Of a DNA stretch of 64,000 bases, positions 25,800 through 32,283 are shown piece by piece. The position numbers and the translations under genes are program-made. The first letter of the stretch is position 1; each line of letters begins with the position of its first letter. The notes under the pieces are model-generated. The model saw only the letters and a program-made list of their open reading frames with translations. It was not told the DNA's origin and did not search any database. The DNA is from an uncultured Spirochaetota bacterium. Its GTDB lineage: Bacteria; Spirochaetota; Spirochaetia; Treponematales; UBA12059. Where the stretch lies: NCBI GenBank assembly GCA_937873275.1, contig CALMRC010000051.1, positions 1,057 through 65,056 of the forward strand. Direction: 5' to 3'.

Positions 25800-26582
25800 T
25801 CAGTAGCCGCTTCCCAGGGACTGGCCGCTCACCAGGGTGACGCCCTGGCTGGTGCCCAGGCGGTTCGCGCCGGCGTCCAGCATGGCCAGGGCGTCGTCGA
25901 AGCTGCGGATCCCGCCGGCGGCCTTTACTCCCACGGAGGGTCCCACGGTCCGGCGCATCAGCGCGACGTCCGCGACCGTGGCGCCGGACTTGGAGAATCC
26001 CGTCGAGGTCTTCACGAAATCCGCGCCCACGTCCTTCGCGACCTGGCAGGCCAGGACCTTCTCGGCGTCCGTGAGGAGGCAGGCCTCGATGATGACCTTG
26101 AGGACGATGCCGACGCGGCAGGCCCGGCGGACCGCCAGCATGTCCTCCCGGACGGCCTTGAGGTCACCGGCCTTCAAAGCCCCGATGTTCATGACCATGT
26201 CGACCTCGGACGCCCCGTTCGAGACGGCGGTCCGGGCCTCGAAGGCCTTCGAACGGCTGTCCATGGCCCCCAGGGGGAAGCCCACGACCGTGCAGACCTT
26301 GACGCCCGTTCCGCCCAGGCGCCGGGCGCAGCGCTCCACCCAGGTCGAGTTCACGCAGACGGAGGCGAAGCGGTGCTTGGCCGCCTCGTCGCACAGGACG
26401 TCGATCTGGTCCTCCGTGGCCTCGGGCTTTAGGAGGGTGTGGTCGATGAAGGGCGCCAGCTCGGCCGGTTCCATCCGGGGCCGCGCGGGCCCCTCGTCGT
26501 TCGGAACCTCGACCGCCCGGGTCCCCATCCTCGCCAGGACTTCCTGCACGATCCTCTCGATTACCTTTTCCTCGTCCGTCAT
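25800..26582 (-). CDS. deoC: deoxyribose-phosphate aldolase with N-terminal encapsulation-peptide-like extension (DeoC1)
   Basis: Start ATG 26580-26582, with an ATGA overlap with the rpiB stop. The first ~45 aa ([20 protein letters not shown] plus a P/G-rich linker) precede the DERA core [11 protein letters not shown]...VCVNS...KTSTGF...VKAAGGIR. Confidence 0.85.
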   Translation of the reverse strand: MTDEEKVIERIVQEVLARMGTRAVEVPNDEGPARPRMEPAELAPFIDHTLLKPEATEDQIDVLCDEAAKHRFASVCVNSTWVERCARRLGGTGVKVCTVVGFPLGAMDSRSKAFEARTAVSNGASEVDMVMNIGALKAGDLKAVREDMLAVRRACRVGIVLKVIIEACLLTDAEKVLACQVAKDVGADFVKTSTGFSKSGATVADVALMRRTVGPSVGVKAAGGIRSFDDALAMLDAGANRLGTSQGVTLVSGQSLGSGY

Positions 26583-27070
26583 CCTTCGAAGCCTCCACGC
26601 TCCAGGGCCATGATCTTGTTTATCCTGACGATGTGGCGGCCCCCGGCGAACCGGGTCTCCAGCCACACCTTCACCATCTCGGTCAGGCGGTCCGGCGTAT
26701 GCAAGGGGCCGCCCAGGGTCAGGACGTTCGCGTTGTTGTGCTCCCGGCTGTTCACCACGGTCCGGAGGTCGTAGCACATCGCCGCGCGGATGCCCCGAAC
26801 CTTGTTCGCGGCCATGCAGGAACCGATGCCCGCCCCGTCCAGGACGATCCCCCGCTCGCAGGCCCCGCTCTTCACCTTCCGGCACACCGCCAGGGCGATG
26901 TCGGGATAGTCCACCTTCTCGGTCCCGAAGGTCCCGACGTCGGTCACCCGATACCCCAGGACCTCGAGATAGCGGACCAGGAGGGTCTTCTGCTCGACCG
27001 CCCCGTGGTCCGCGCCGATCGCCACGTTCCGCACCACGTCCGCGGGGGCGGACCCTTCCTCGGCGCTCAT
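26579..27070 (-). CDS. rpiB: ribose-5-phosphate isomerase B / sugar-phosphate isomerase (RpiB/LacAB family)
   Basis: Start ATG 27068-27070, with an ATGA overlap with the BMC-P stop. Core is VAIGADHGA...[10 protein letters not shown]...GGRH. Confidence 0.85.
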   Translation of the reverse strand: MSAEEGSAPADVVRNVAIGADHGAVEQKTLLVRYLEVLGYRVTDVGTFGTEKVDYPDIALAVCRKVKSGACERGIVLDGAGIGSCMAANKVRGIRAAMCYDLRTVVNSREHNNANVLTLGGPLHTPDRLTEMVKVWLETRFAGGRHIVRINKIMALERGGFEG

Positions 27071-27348
27071 TCGTCCCCTCCCATGTCGATCCGGTCCACG
27101 ATCCCGCACACCGCCGTCCGCACGGTCACCGCCCCCTCGTCCTCCACGACGGTCCGGGCGGATCCGCCCTCGTCCACGACCAGCACGAGGTCCCCGATCC
27201 CGGCCTGGACCCCGTCCACGGCCAGGAGGGTCTTGCCCCGGGGACTCCCGTCGGGATCCACGGGACGGACCGCCAGGATCTTCTTTCCCGTGTAGCGGGG
27301 GTCCTTTTCCGTGGAGACGACGCTCGCCACGACCTTGGCCAGGATCAC
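27067..27348 (-). CDS. BMC-P (EutN/CcmL-family) shell vertex protein, paralog 4
   Basis: GTG start at 27346-27348, with a GTGA overlap with the paralog 3 stop. The 93-aa product reads (M)[14 protein letters not shown]...[16 protein letters not shown]...[10 protein letters not shown], an EutN-like pattern. Confidence 0.75.
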   Translation of the reverse strand: MILAKVVASVVSTEKDPRYTGKKILAVRPVDPDGSPRGKTLLAVDGVQAGIGDLVLVVDEGGSARTVVEDEGAVTVRTAVCGIVDRIDMGGDE

Positions 27349-27623
27349 GGGGCGCCTCCCCGGTCCACCGCGTCCACCACGCCCAGGATCGCGGCGTCCG
27401 CCGGGTTGAACCACCCGTTCGGGTTCGCCTGGGCGGCCTCCTTGCCGGACTCGAAGATCACCAGGTCCCCCTCGCCCGCCCGGGCGGTGTCGAAGGCCAC
27501 CAGGGGAGGCCCCGCGGAGGCGCCGGTCTCGTCGACGGGCTGGACCAGGAGGAGCTTGAGCCCCTCGAAGCATTCCATCTTGCGGGTGCTGACCACCCGG
27601 CCGATAACCTTTCCGAGCTTCAT
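27345..27623 (-). CDS. BMC-P (EutN/CcmL-family) shell vertex protein, paralog 3
   Basis: ATG 27621-27623 behind GGAAGG. The 92-aa product reads MKLGKVIGRVVSTRK...LLLVQPVD...AILGVVDAVD. Confidence 0.8.
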   Translation of the reverse strand: MKLGKVIGRVVSTRKMECFEGLKLLLVQPVDETGASAGPPLVAFDTARAGEGDLVIFESGKEAAQANPNGWFNPADAAILGVVDAVDRGGAP

Positions 27624-27634
27624 CGCGGGCCTTC

Positions 27635-29074
27635 CTAGACGATCCGGAAATAGTCGACCAGGGTGCACCGCCGCTCCCGGGTGAAGGACGTGGGCCGGGT
27701 GATCCCCTCGCCCGTGGGGCTCGCGATCGTGAAGGACGCGTGGCCCGCGCCCCCCTGGCCCAGCCCCGCGTAGCAGGGTCCGTTCTTGACGAAGAGGGAG
27801 CAGTCCATGGCCCGGGCCATGTGCGAGAGGCGGGCCACGTCGTGGGAGTGCATGATCGCGGTGTGCCGGTACCCGTGCTCCGCCAGGACCGCGAACTCGA
27901 TGGCCTCGTCGGCGTTCCGCATCCGGACGAAGGGGATCACCGGCATGAGCTGTTCCGTCCAGACCAGGGGGTGTCCGCTCGTCGTCTCCATTAGGAGGAT
28001 CCGGGCGCTCTCGGGCACCTCGATCCCGGCCGCCTTGGCGATGAAGGCCGGGCTCTTGCCCACGAAGGCCCGGTTCGGGGAGCCCGGCCGGCCGGGCCCG
28101 CCCGGCTCGGCGATGATTAGCTTGGTGACCGCGTCGATCTGGGAGCCCTTGAGCTCGTAGGCCCCGTTCCGCAGGAGCTCCTCCTTGAGGCGGTCCGCGA
28201 TGGAGGCGACCGCCAGGATCTCCTTCTCGCAGATGCACACCACGTTGTGGTCGAAGCCGGCCCCGTCCACGATGTCCTTGCCGGCCTTGGCCAGGTCGGC
28301 GGTCTCGTCGACGACGCAGGGAGGGTTCCCGGGGCCCGCGCAGATGGCCTTCTTGCCGCTGGCCATGGCCGCGCGCACGACCCCCGGACCCCCGGTGACC
28401 ACGAGGAGGGCAATCCCGGGGTGCCGCATGAGCTCTCCGGCGGTCTCCAGGGTCGGCTCGGCCACGGCGCACAGGAGGTTTCCGGGCCCCCCGGCCCGGA
28501 CGACCGCCCCGCCGAGCATCTCGATGAGCAGGCGGGAGACGCCCTTGGCGCCGGGGTGCACGTTGAACACGACGGAGTTCCCCGCGGCCACCATCCCGAT
28601 GGCGTTGCTCGCGATCGAGGATATGGGGTTCGTCACCGGGGTGATCGCTCCGATCACCCCGTAGGGGGCCAGCTCCGTGAGGGTGAGACCGTGCTCGTCC
28701 GTGACCACCCGGGACTGGAGATCCTCGACCCCCGGGGTCCGGAGGGCGGCCAGCTCGTTCTTTATCGTCTTGTCCCGGACGTTGCCCAGGCCCGTCTCCG
28801 CGACGGCGGCCTGGCTCAGGGCCTCGTTGGCCTCCAGGACGGTCCGGCGGATCGCTTCGATCACGGCCCGCCGGGTGTCCAGGGGCAGCCGGACGAGCTC
28901 CCGCTGGGCCGCCTGGGCCGCCTGGACGGCGGAATCCATGTCCGGGAAGATACCCGGACCCCGGGCCGTCGCCGGGCCCCCGCCCTTCGCACCCGAGGAC
29001 AGGAGGGCGGCGATCTCCGGGGATCGCAGGATCTCCTCGACCACCCGACGAATATCCTCCGCGCCGTACGCCAT
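27635..29074 (-). CDS. CoA-acylating aldehyde dehydrogenase (PduP/EutE-like) with N-terminal encapsulation-peptide-like helix
   Basis: 479 aa with the ALDH fold and a catalytic Cys context (HNVVCICEKE). The C-terminus is typical of the family (RRCTLVDYFRIV). The N-terminus is MAYGAEDIRRVVEEILRS followed by a Gly/Pro linker. Confidence 0.85.
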   Translation of the reverse strand: MAYGAEDIRRVVEEILRSPEIAALLSSGAKGGGPATARGPGIFPDMDSAVQAAQAAQRELVRLPLDTRRAVIEAIRRTVLEANEALSQAAVAETGLGNVRDKTIKNELAALRTPGVEDLQSRVVTDEHGLTLTELAPYGVIGAITPVTNPISSIASNAIGMVAAGNSVVFNVHPGAKGVSRLLIEMLGGAVVRAGGPGNLLCAVAEPTLETAGELMRHPGIALLVVTGGPGVVRAAMASGKKAICAGPGNPPCVVDETADLAKAGKDIVDGAGFDHNVVCICEKEILAVASIADRLKEELLRNGAYELKGSQIDAVTKLIIAEPGGPGRPGSPNRAFVGKSPAFIAKAAGIEVPESARILLMETTSGHPLVWTEQLMPVIPFVRMRNADEAIEFAVLAEHGYRHTAIMHSHDVARLSHMARAMDCSLFVKNGPCYAGLGQGGAGHASFTIASPTGEGITRPTSFTRERRCTLVDYFRIV

Positions 29075-29377
29075 CTATAGCCCCCGTTCCGACTCGTTCC
29101 AGAGCGTGGTTCCGCCGGAGTCCACCGAGTCCACGATCCCCACCGCCAGGGTGTCCATGGGAGCGTTCTCGGTCCGGTAGGTCCAGCGGCAGGAACTGCC
29201 CTGGGTCAGCATCACCAGCTGGCCCCGCTCCGCCCCCACCATGTCCAAGGCCACCAGGTAGTCCCCCCGCCCGGAGCCTTCGGGGCCGCAGTCCTCCACC
29301 AGGAGGTACCGCGCGCCCTCAAGTCCGTCGGATCGCCGGGAGGCGACCACGGTTCCCCGGACCCTCGCCAAGGTCAT
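29075..29377 (-). CDS. BMC-P (EutN/CcmL-family) shell vertex protein, paralog 2
   Basis: 100 aa, MTLARVRGTVVASRR...LVALDMVGAERGQLVML...AVGIVDSVD. The stop directly abuts the AldDH ATG. Confidence 0.8.
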   Translation of the reverse strand: MTLARVRGTVVASRRSDGLEGARYLLVEDCGPEGSGRGDYLVALDMVGAERGQLVMLTQGSSCRWTYRTENAPMDTLAVGIVDSVDSGGTTLWNESERGL

Positions 29378-29676
29378 TCGGACCGGGCCTTCTCGTAGGT
29401 GTACGATCCGTCCTTCTCGATCGCGTCCACCACGGCGATCACCGTCGCGTCCGTGGGGCGGCCCTTGGTCGCCTCCGTGAGGCGGGCGCTGGAGCCGGTG
29501 ACGTAGAATACGACCTCCCCGGCGTTGGCCCCGACGGAATCCATGGCGACCACGAAGTCGCCCTTGCCCGCGAGGCTTACCGGATCGATCTTCTCGAGGA
29601 GGAGCAGCCGGAGCCCCTCCATGGAGGGGCTCTTGTGGGTGGAGACGACGGTCCCCCGGACCCGGGCGATCAGCAT
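29374..29676 (-). CDS. BMC-P (EutN/CcmL-family) shell vertex protein, paralog 1
   Basis: 100 aa, MLIARVRGTVVSTHK...VVAMDSVGANAGEVVFYV...VIAVVDAIE. ATGA overlap with paralog 2. Confidence 0.85.
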   Translation of the reverse strand: MLIARVRGTVVSTHKSPSMEGLRLLLLEKIDPVSLAGKGDFVVAMDSVGANAGEVVFYVTGSSARLTEATKGRPTDATVIAVVDAIEKDGSYTYEKARSE

Positions 29677-29686
29677 GGGGACGACC

Positions 29687-29995
29687 CTATTTCCGAGGAG
29701 GCGCCGGCTTCCTGCCCAGGGGCAGGGCCGCCTCCACGGACTCGTGGGGCCGGGGAATCACGTGGGTCGAGATGACCTCCCCGACCTTCTCCGCGGACCG
29801 GGCCCCGGCGTCGACGGCCGCCCGGCAGGCGGCGACGTCCCCGCGCACGATGGCGGTCGCGTACCCGCCTCCGATCTTCTCGTAGCCGATCAGGTCGACC
29901 TTCGCCGCCTTGACCATCGCGTCCGCGGCCTCCACCATCGCCGCGAAACCCCGCGTCTCGATCATGCCGAGCGCGTCGTTCGTTGTATCCGCCAT
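29687..29995 (-). CDS. BMC-H hexameric shell protein (PduA/EutM-like)
   Basis: 102 aa, [57 protein letters not shown]...HVIPRPH. This is a canonical single BMC domain. Confidence 0.9.
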   Translation of the reverse strand: MADTTNDALGMIETRGFAAMVEAADAMVKAAKVDLIGYEKIGGGYATAIVRGDVAACRAAVDAGARSAEKVGEVISTHVIPRPHESVEAALPLGRKPAPPRK

Positions 29996-30032
29996 ATCCG
30001 CTCCTTAATAAGGGCGTCCCCGCCGGGGGCGC

Positions 30033-30674
30033 CTAGATCCTCTGGGTTCCGGCCCCGATCGTCCGGCCGGTCAGGCCCTCCAGGCGGGCCTCCACGGTCT
30101 TCCGGGCCTCGATCACCTCGGCCTCGTCCCCGGCTATGTACACGCGCCCGAAGGCCCCGAAGCCGAGCACCTCCACGATGTTCACCCGGGCGGTCTTCTC
30201 GGCCTCGTTGGCCGCGTAGTACGCGTAACCCGCGGGCTCCACCTCCAGGACGTACAGGGTGTCCCCCCGGAGGACCATGTTCCCGTGGCGGACCTTGTTG
30301 ATCAGCTGGGCGTGGTGGTCCGAGACGTTCTTGATGAGCTGGCTCGTGAGGACCCGGGGCTTGAGCCGATCCTCCTCCTTGAGGCCGAGCTCCCGCAGGA
30401 CGGCCTCCCCGGCCGTTCGGGCGTCGCCCTGGCGGTCGGAATGGACCTCCAGGAGGCCGTAGGCCCGCTCCACGATCTGGAGCCCCGGGGTCACGTTGGT
30501 CGCCTTGAGGGCGATGTCCGTAAGGCGGTTGATCTCGATGCCGGGAGCGATTTCGATGATGCAGCAGGCCTGGAACCCGACCGGGTAGTAGCCCTTGCTC
30601 ACCGTGGCGATGAAGGAGGCGTTCTGGAGCTGGAGGGAGTCCAGGAACACGTAGGTCCGAAGGTCGATGTTCAT
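30033..30674 (-). CDS. BMC-T tandem-domain shell protein (subclass not resolved)
   Basis: 213 aa with two BMC-like halves (DIALKATNVTPGLQIVERAYGLLEV and NEAEKTARVNIVEVLGFGAFGRVYIAGDEAEV). The N-terminus LRTYVFLDSLQLQ is reminiscent of trimer-forming BMC-T proteins. Confidence 0.7.
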   Translation of the reverse strand: MNIDLRTYVFLDSLQLQNASFIATVSKGYYPVGFQACCIIEIAPGIEINRLTDIALKATNVTPGLQIVERAYGLLEVHSDRQGDARTAGEAVLRELGLKEEDRLKPRVLTSQLIKNVSDHHAQLINKVRHGNMVLRGDTLYVLEVEPAGYAYYAANEAEKTARVNIVEVLGFGAFGRVYIAGDEAEVIEARKTVEARLEGLTGRTIGAGTQRI

Positions 30675-30677
30675 GGA

Positions 30678-30974
30678 TCAGTCCCCCTTCCGGCCCAGGG
30701 GCAGGGCCTCGTCCACGGAGGCGTGGGGCCGGGGGATCACGTGGGTCGACACGACCTCTCCGACCTTCTCCGCGGACCGGACTCCCGCGTCCACGGCGGC
30801 CCGGCAGGCCGCGACGTCCCCGCGGACGACGACCGTGACGTAGCCGCCGCCGAGCTTCTCGTATCCCACCAGGTCGACCTTCGCGGCCTTGACCATCGTG
30901 TCGGCGGCCTCCACCATGGCCGCGAATCCTTTCGTCTCGATCATGCCGAGAGCGTCGTTCGTCGATCCAGACAT
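30678..30974 (-). CDS. BMC-H hexameric shell protein (PduA/EutM-like), first gene of operon
   Basis: 98 aa, [57 protein letters not shown]...HVIPRPH. GGAGGG RBS. Confidence 0.9.
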   Translation of the reverse strand: MSGSTNDALGMIETKGFAAMVEAADTMVKAAKVDLVGYEKLGGGYVTVVVRGDVAACRAAVDAGVRSAEKVGEVVSTHVIPRPHASVDEALPLGRKGD

Positions 30975-31065
30975 ACACCCTCCTGGTGCGCCGCGGCGGC
31001 CCGGGGCGTCCGCTCCGCCCTCCCGGGAACCCGGCCGACTGGATCCCTCACCGGGATCGCCCTGA

Positions 31066-31094
31066 AGTATAGAGGATGGAATGTTTCAGGTCAA
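31066..31094 (-). promoter_or_regulatory. sigma70-like promoter TTGACC-N17-TATACT for the BMC operon
   Basis: Minus-strand reading is TTGACC TGAAACATTCCATCCTC TATACT. It lies ~90 nt upstream of the first BMC-H ATG. Confidence 0.55.
31077..31088. promoter_or_regulatory. candidate DeoR operator half-palindrome TGGAATGTTTCA (inside BMC promoter spacer)
   Basis: It is a near copy, in inverse sense, of TGGAACATTTCA at 31122-31133. The motif is TGrAACATTyCA. Confidence 0.4.
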
Positions 31095-31121
31095 GCAATC
31101 GGCCGGAAAATATGGTATAGT

Positions 31122-31133
31122 TGGAACATTTCA
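31122..31133. promoter_or_regulatory. candidate DeoR operator TGGAACATTTCA (adjacent to deoR -10)
   Basis: This is the second copy of the 12-mer, 45 bp from the first. It is flanked by the direct repeats ATGGTATA (31112-31119 and 31133-31140). Confidence 0.4.
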
Positions 31134-31142
31134 TGGTATACT
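31134..31142 (+). promoter_or_regulatory. extended -10 (TGgTATACT) candidate promoter for deoR
   Basis: CATGGTATACT. No good -35 was found, so it is classed as extended -10. Confidence 0.35.
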
Positions 31143-31231
31143 TTTCTCATCGGGGCTCGAGGCCGATTCCTCCGGATACCGGGCCGGACCCCGGACATTT
31201 CGAGCGGGCCGAACGCGGGTGGAGACGGGGC

Positions 31232-32008
31232 ATGACCAAAAGCGAACGATGGAACGCGATCATGAGGCGCCTGGGATTCGAGACGGCGGCAAGCATCCTG
31301 GAGCTGTCCCGGGACCTCGACGTGTCCCCCATGACCGTGCGCAGGGACCTGGCCGCCCTGGCCCGGGAGGGCAAGGTCCGGGTCCTGTACGGCAGCGCCA
31401 TGCTCCATCCGGACCTGGCCCGCCGGGAGAGCGAGACCTACTACTCCCTCAACGCCGCGGGAGCCGAGCACGCGGAGGAGAAGCGCAGGATCGGGAAGGC
31501 GGCCGCGGCCCTCGCCGAGCCGGGGGACGGCCTCATCGTCGACTGCGGGTCCACGACGGAGTACGTGGCCCGGTACCTCTCCGAGGAGGCGGAGTACACC
31601 GTCCTGTGCTACTCCCTGAACGTCGTGTCCGAGCTCGTCCGGAGGAGGAACTGCCGAACGCTCTTCTCGGGGGGGGAGTTCCACGAGAACACCCTGATGT
31701 TCGAAAGCCCCGAGGGCCTCGAGGCCATCCGGCATTTCCGGGCCAGCAAGGCCTTCCTCTCCGCCTCCGGCGTGGACGCCAAATTCGGGGTGACCTGCAG
31801 CAACGCCTACGAGCGGGAGACCAAGAAGGCCGTGATCCAGTCCTCCCTGCGCAAGATCCTGGTGGTGGACTCCTCGAAGTTCGGGGCCGTCCGCCCGGCC
31901 TACTTCGCGGACCTGGCGGATTTCGATGAGATCGTCACGGATCCGGGAATACCCGACGAGTACCGGAGGATCGCCGAGGAGCGGGGTCTCCGCCTGACCA
32001 TCGTCTAG
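31232..32008 (+). CDS. DeoR-family transcriptional regulator
   Basis: Start ATG 31232. N-terminal HTH is ERWNAIMRRLGFETAASILELSRDLDVSPMTVRRDLAAL, with a C-terminal DeoR sugar-phosphate sensor domain. It is divergent from the BMC operon. Confidence 0.85.
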   Translation: MTKSERWNAIMRRLGFETAASILELSRDLDVSPMTVRRDLAALAREGKVRVLYGSAMLHPDLARRESETYYSLNAAGAEHAEEKRRIGKAAAALAEPGDGLIVDCGSTTEYVARYLSEEAEYTVLCYSLNVVSELVRRRNCRTLFSGGEFHENTLMFESPEGLEAIRHFRASKAFLSASGVDAKFGVTCSNAYERETKKAVIQSSLRKILVVDSSKFGAVRPAYFADLADFDEIVTDPGIPDEYRRIAEERGLRLTIV

Positions 32009-32078
32009 GTTGCGACGCCCGCGCGCTTATCGCCGGGCGGCAATGAAGCGCGGAGCGCTTCCCCGAAATCCACGAATC

Positions 32079-32114
32079 CTATTCGGGGAGTTCGGAGACT
32101 ATGGCGACTGCGCC
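32079..32114 (-). pseudogene. relic of deoC2 3' end (GAVAIVSELPE-stop), tandem copy
   Basis: Reverse complement GGC GCA GTC GCC ATA GTC TCC GAA CTC CCC GAA TAG. The peptide is the same but the codons differ. Confidence 0.65.
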
Positions 32115-32194
32115 GGGCCGCGGGCCCGGCGGCAACGAAGCGCGGAGCGCTTCGTCGAGTTTTCTGAAGCCGGCGCGGACCGGATACCGGCATA

Positions 32195-32230
32195 CTATTC
32201 GGGGAGTTCCGATACTATGGCGACTGCGCC
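32195..32230 (-). pseudogene. relic of deoC2 3' end (GAVAIVSELPE-stop), tandem copy
   Basis: Reverse complement GGC GCA GTC GCC ATA GTA TCG GAA CTC CCC GAA TAG. It differs from the 32079 copy only at two synonymous sites. Confidence 0.65.
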
Positions 32231-32283
32231 GGGCCGCGGGCCCGGCGGCGCCGAAGCTAAGGCTTCGGCGATTTTCCGTAGAA

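Larger units (their letters stand above)
32009..32283. repeat. tandem array (about 2.5 units, periods ~116 and ~89 bp) of hairpin-hairpin-relic modules downstream of deoC2
   Basis: Units start at 32079, 32195 and 32284 (the last being the live gene end), each preceded by GCGCCGGGCCGCGGGCCCGGCGGC plus a CGAAGC...GCTTCG hairpin. A degenerate partial unit (GGCGTCGCAA) lies at 32009-32020. Confidence 0.8.

Noticed and set aside
26579-27070. RpiB N-terminal 14-aa extension ([14 protein letters not shown]) as a third encapsulation peptide.
   Set aside because: It is short, Ala/Gly/Pro-rich and not amphipathic-helical, unlike the DeoC1 and AldDH tags. The C-terminus is the normal family end (GGRH...KI..).
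31077-31133. Whether the TGrAACATTyCA 12-mers are Rex boxes, which would link the BMC operon to the rex gene at 62.7 kb.
   Set aside because: The Rex consensus as I recall it (TTGTGAA-N-TTCACAA) has a different half-site (GTGAA/TTCAC) from the TGAAA/TTCCA seen here. The resemblance is too weak to claim.
25616-32283. Searched the putative island and its flanks for an integrase, recombinase, transposase or phage genes.
   Set aside because: None of the ORFs in or next to the island shows tyrosine- or serine-recombinase or DDE motifs. The island interpretation therefore rests only on the duplicated gene terminus. Any mobility function has been lost or lies elsewhere.
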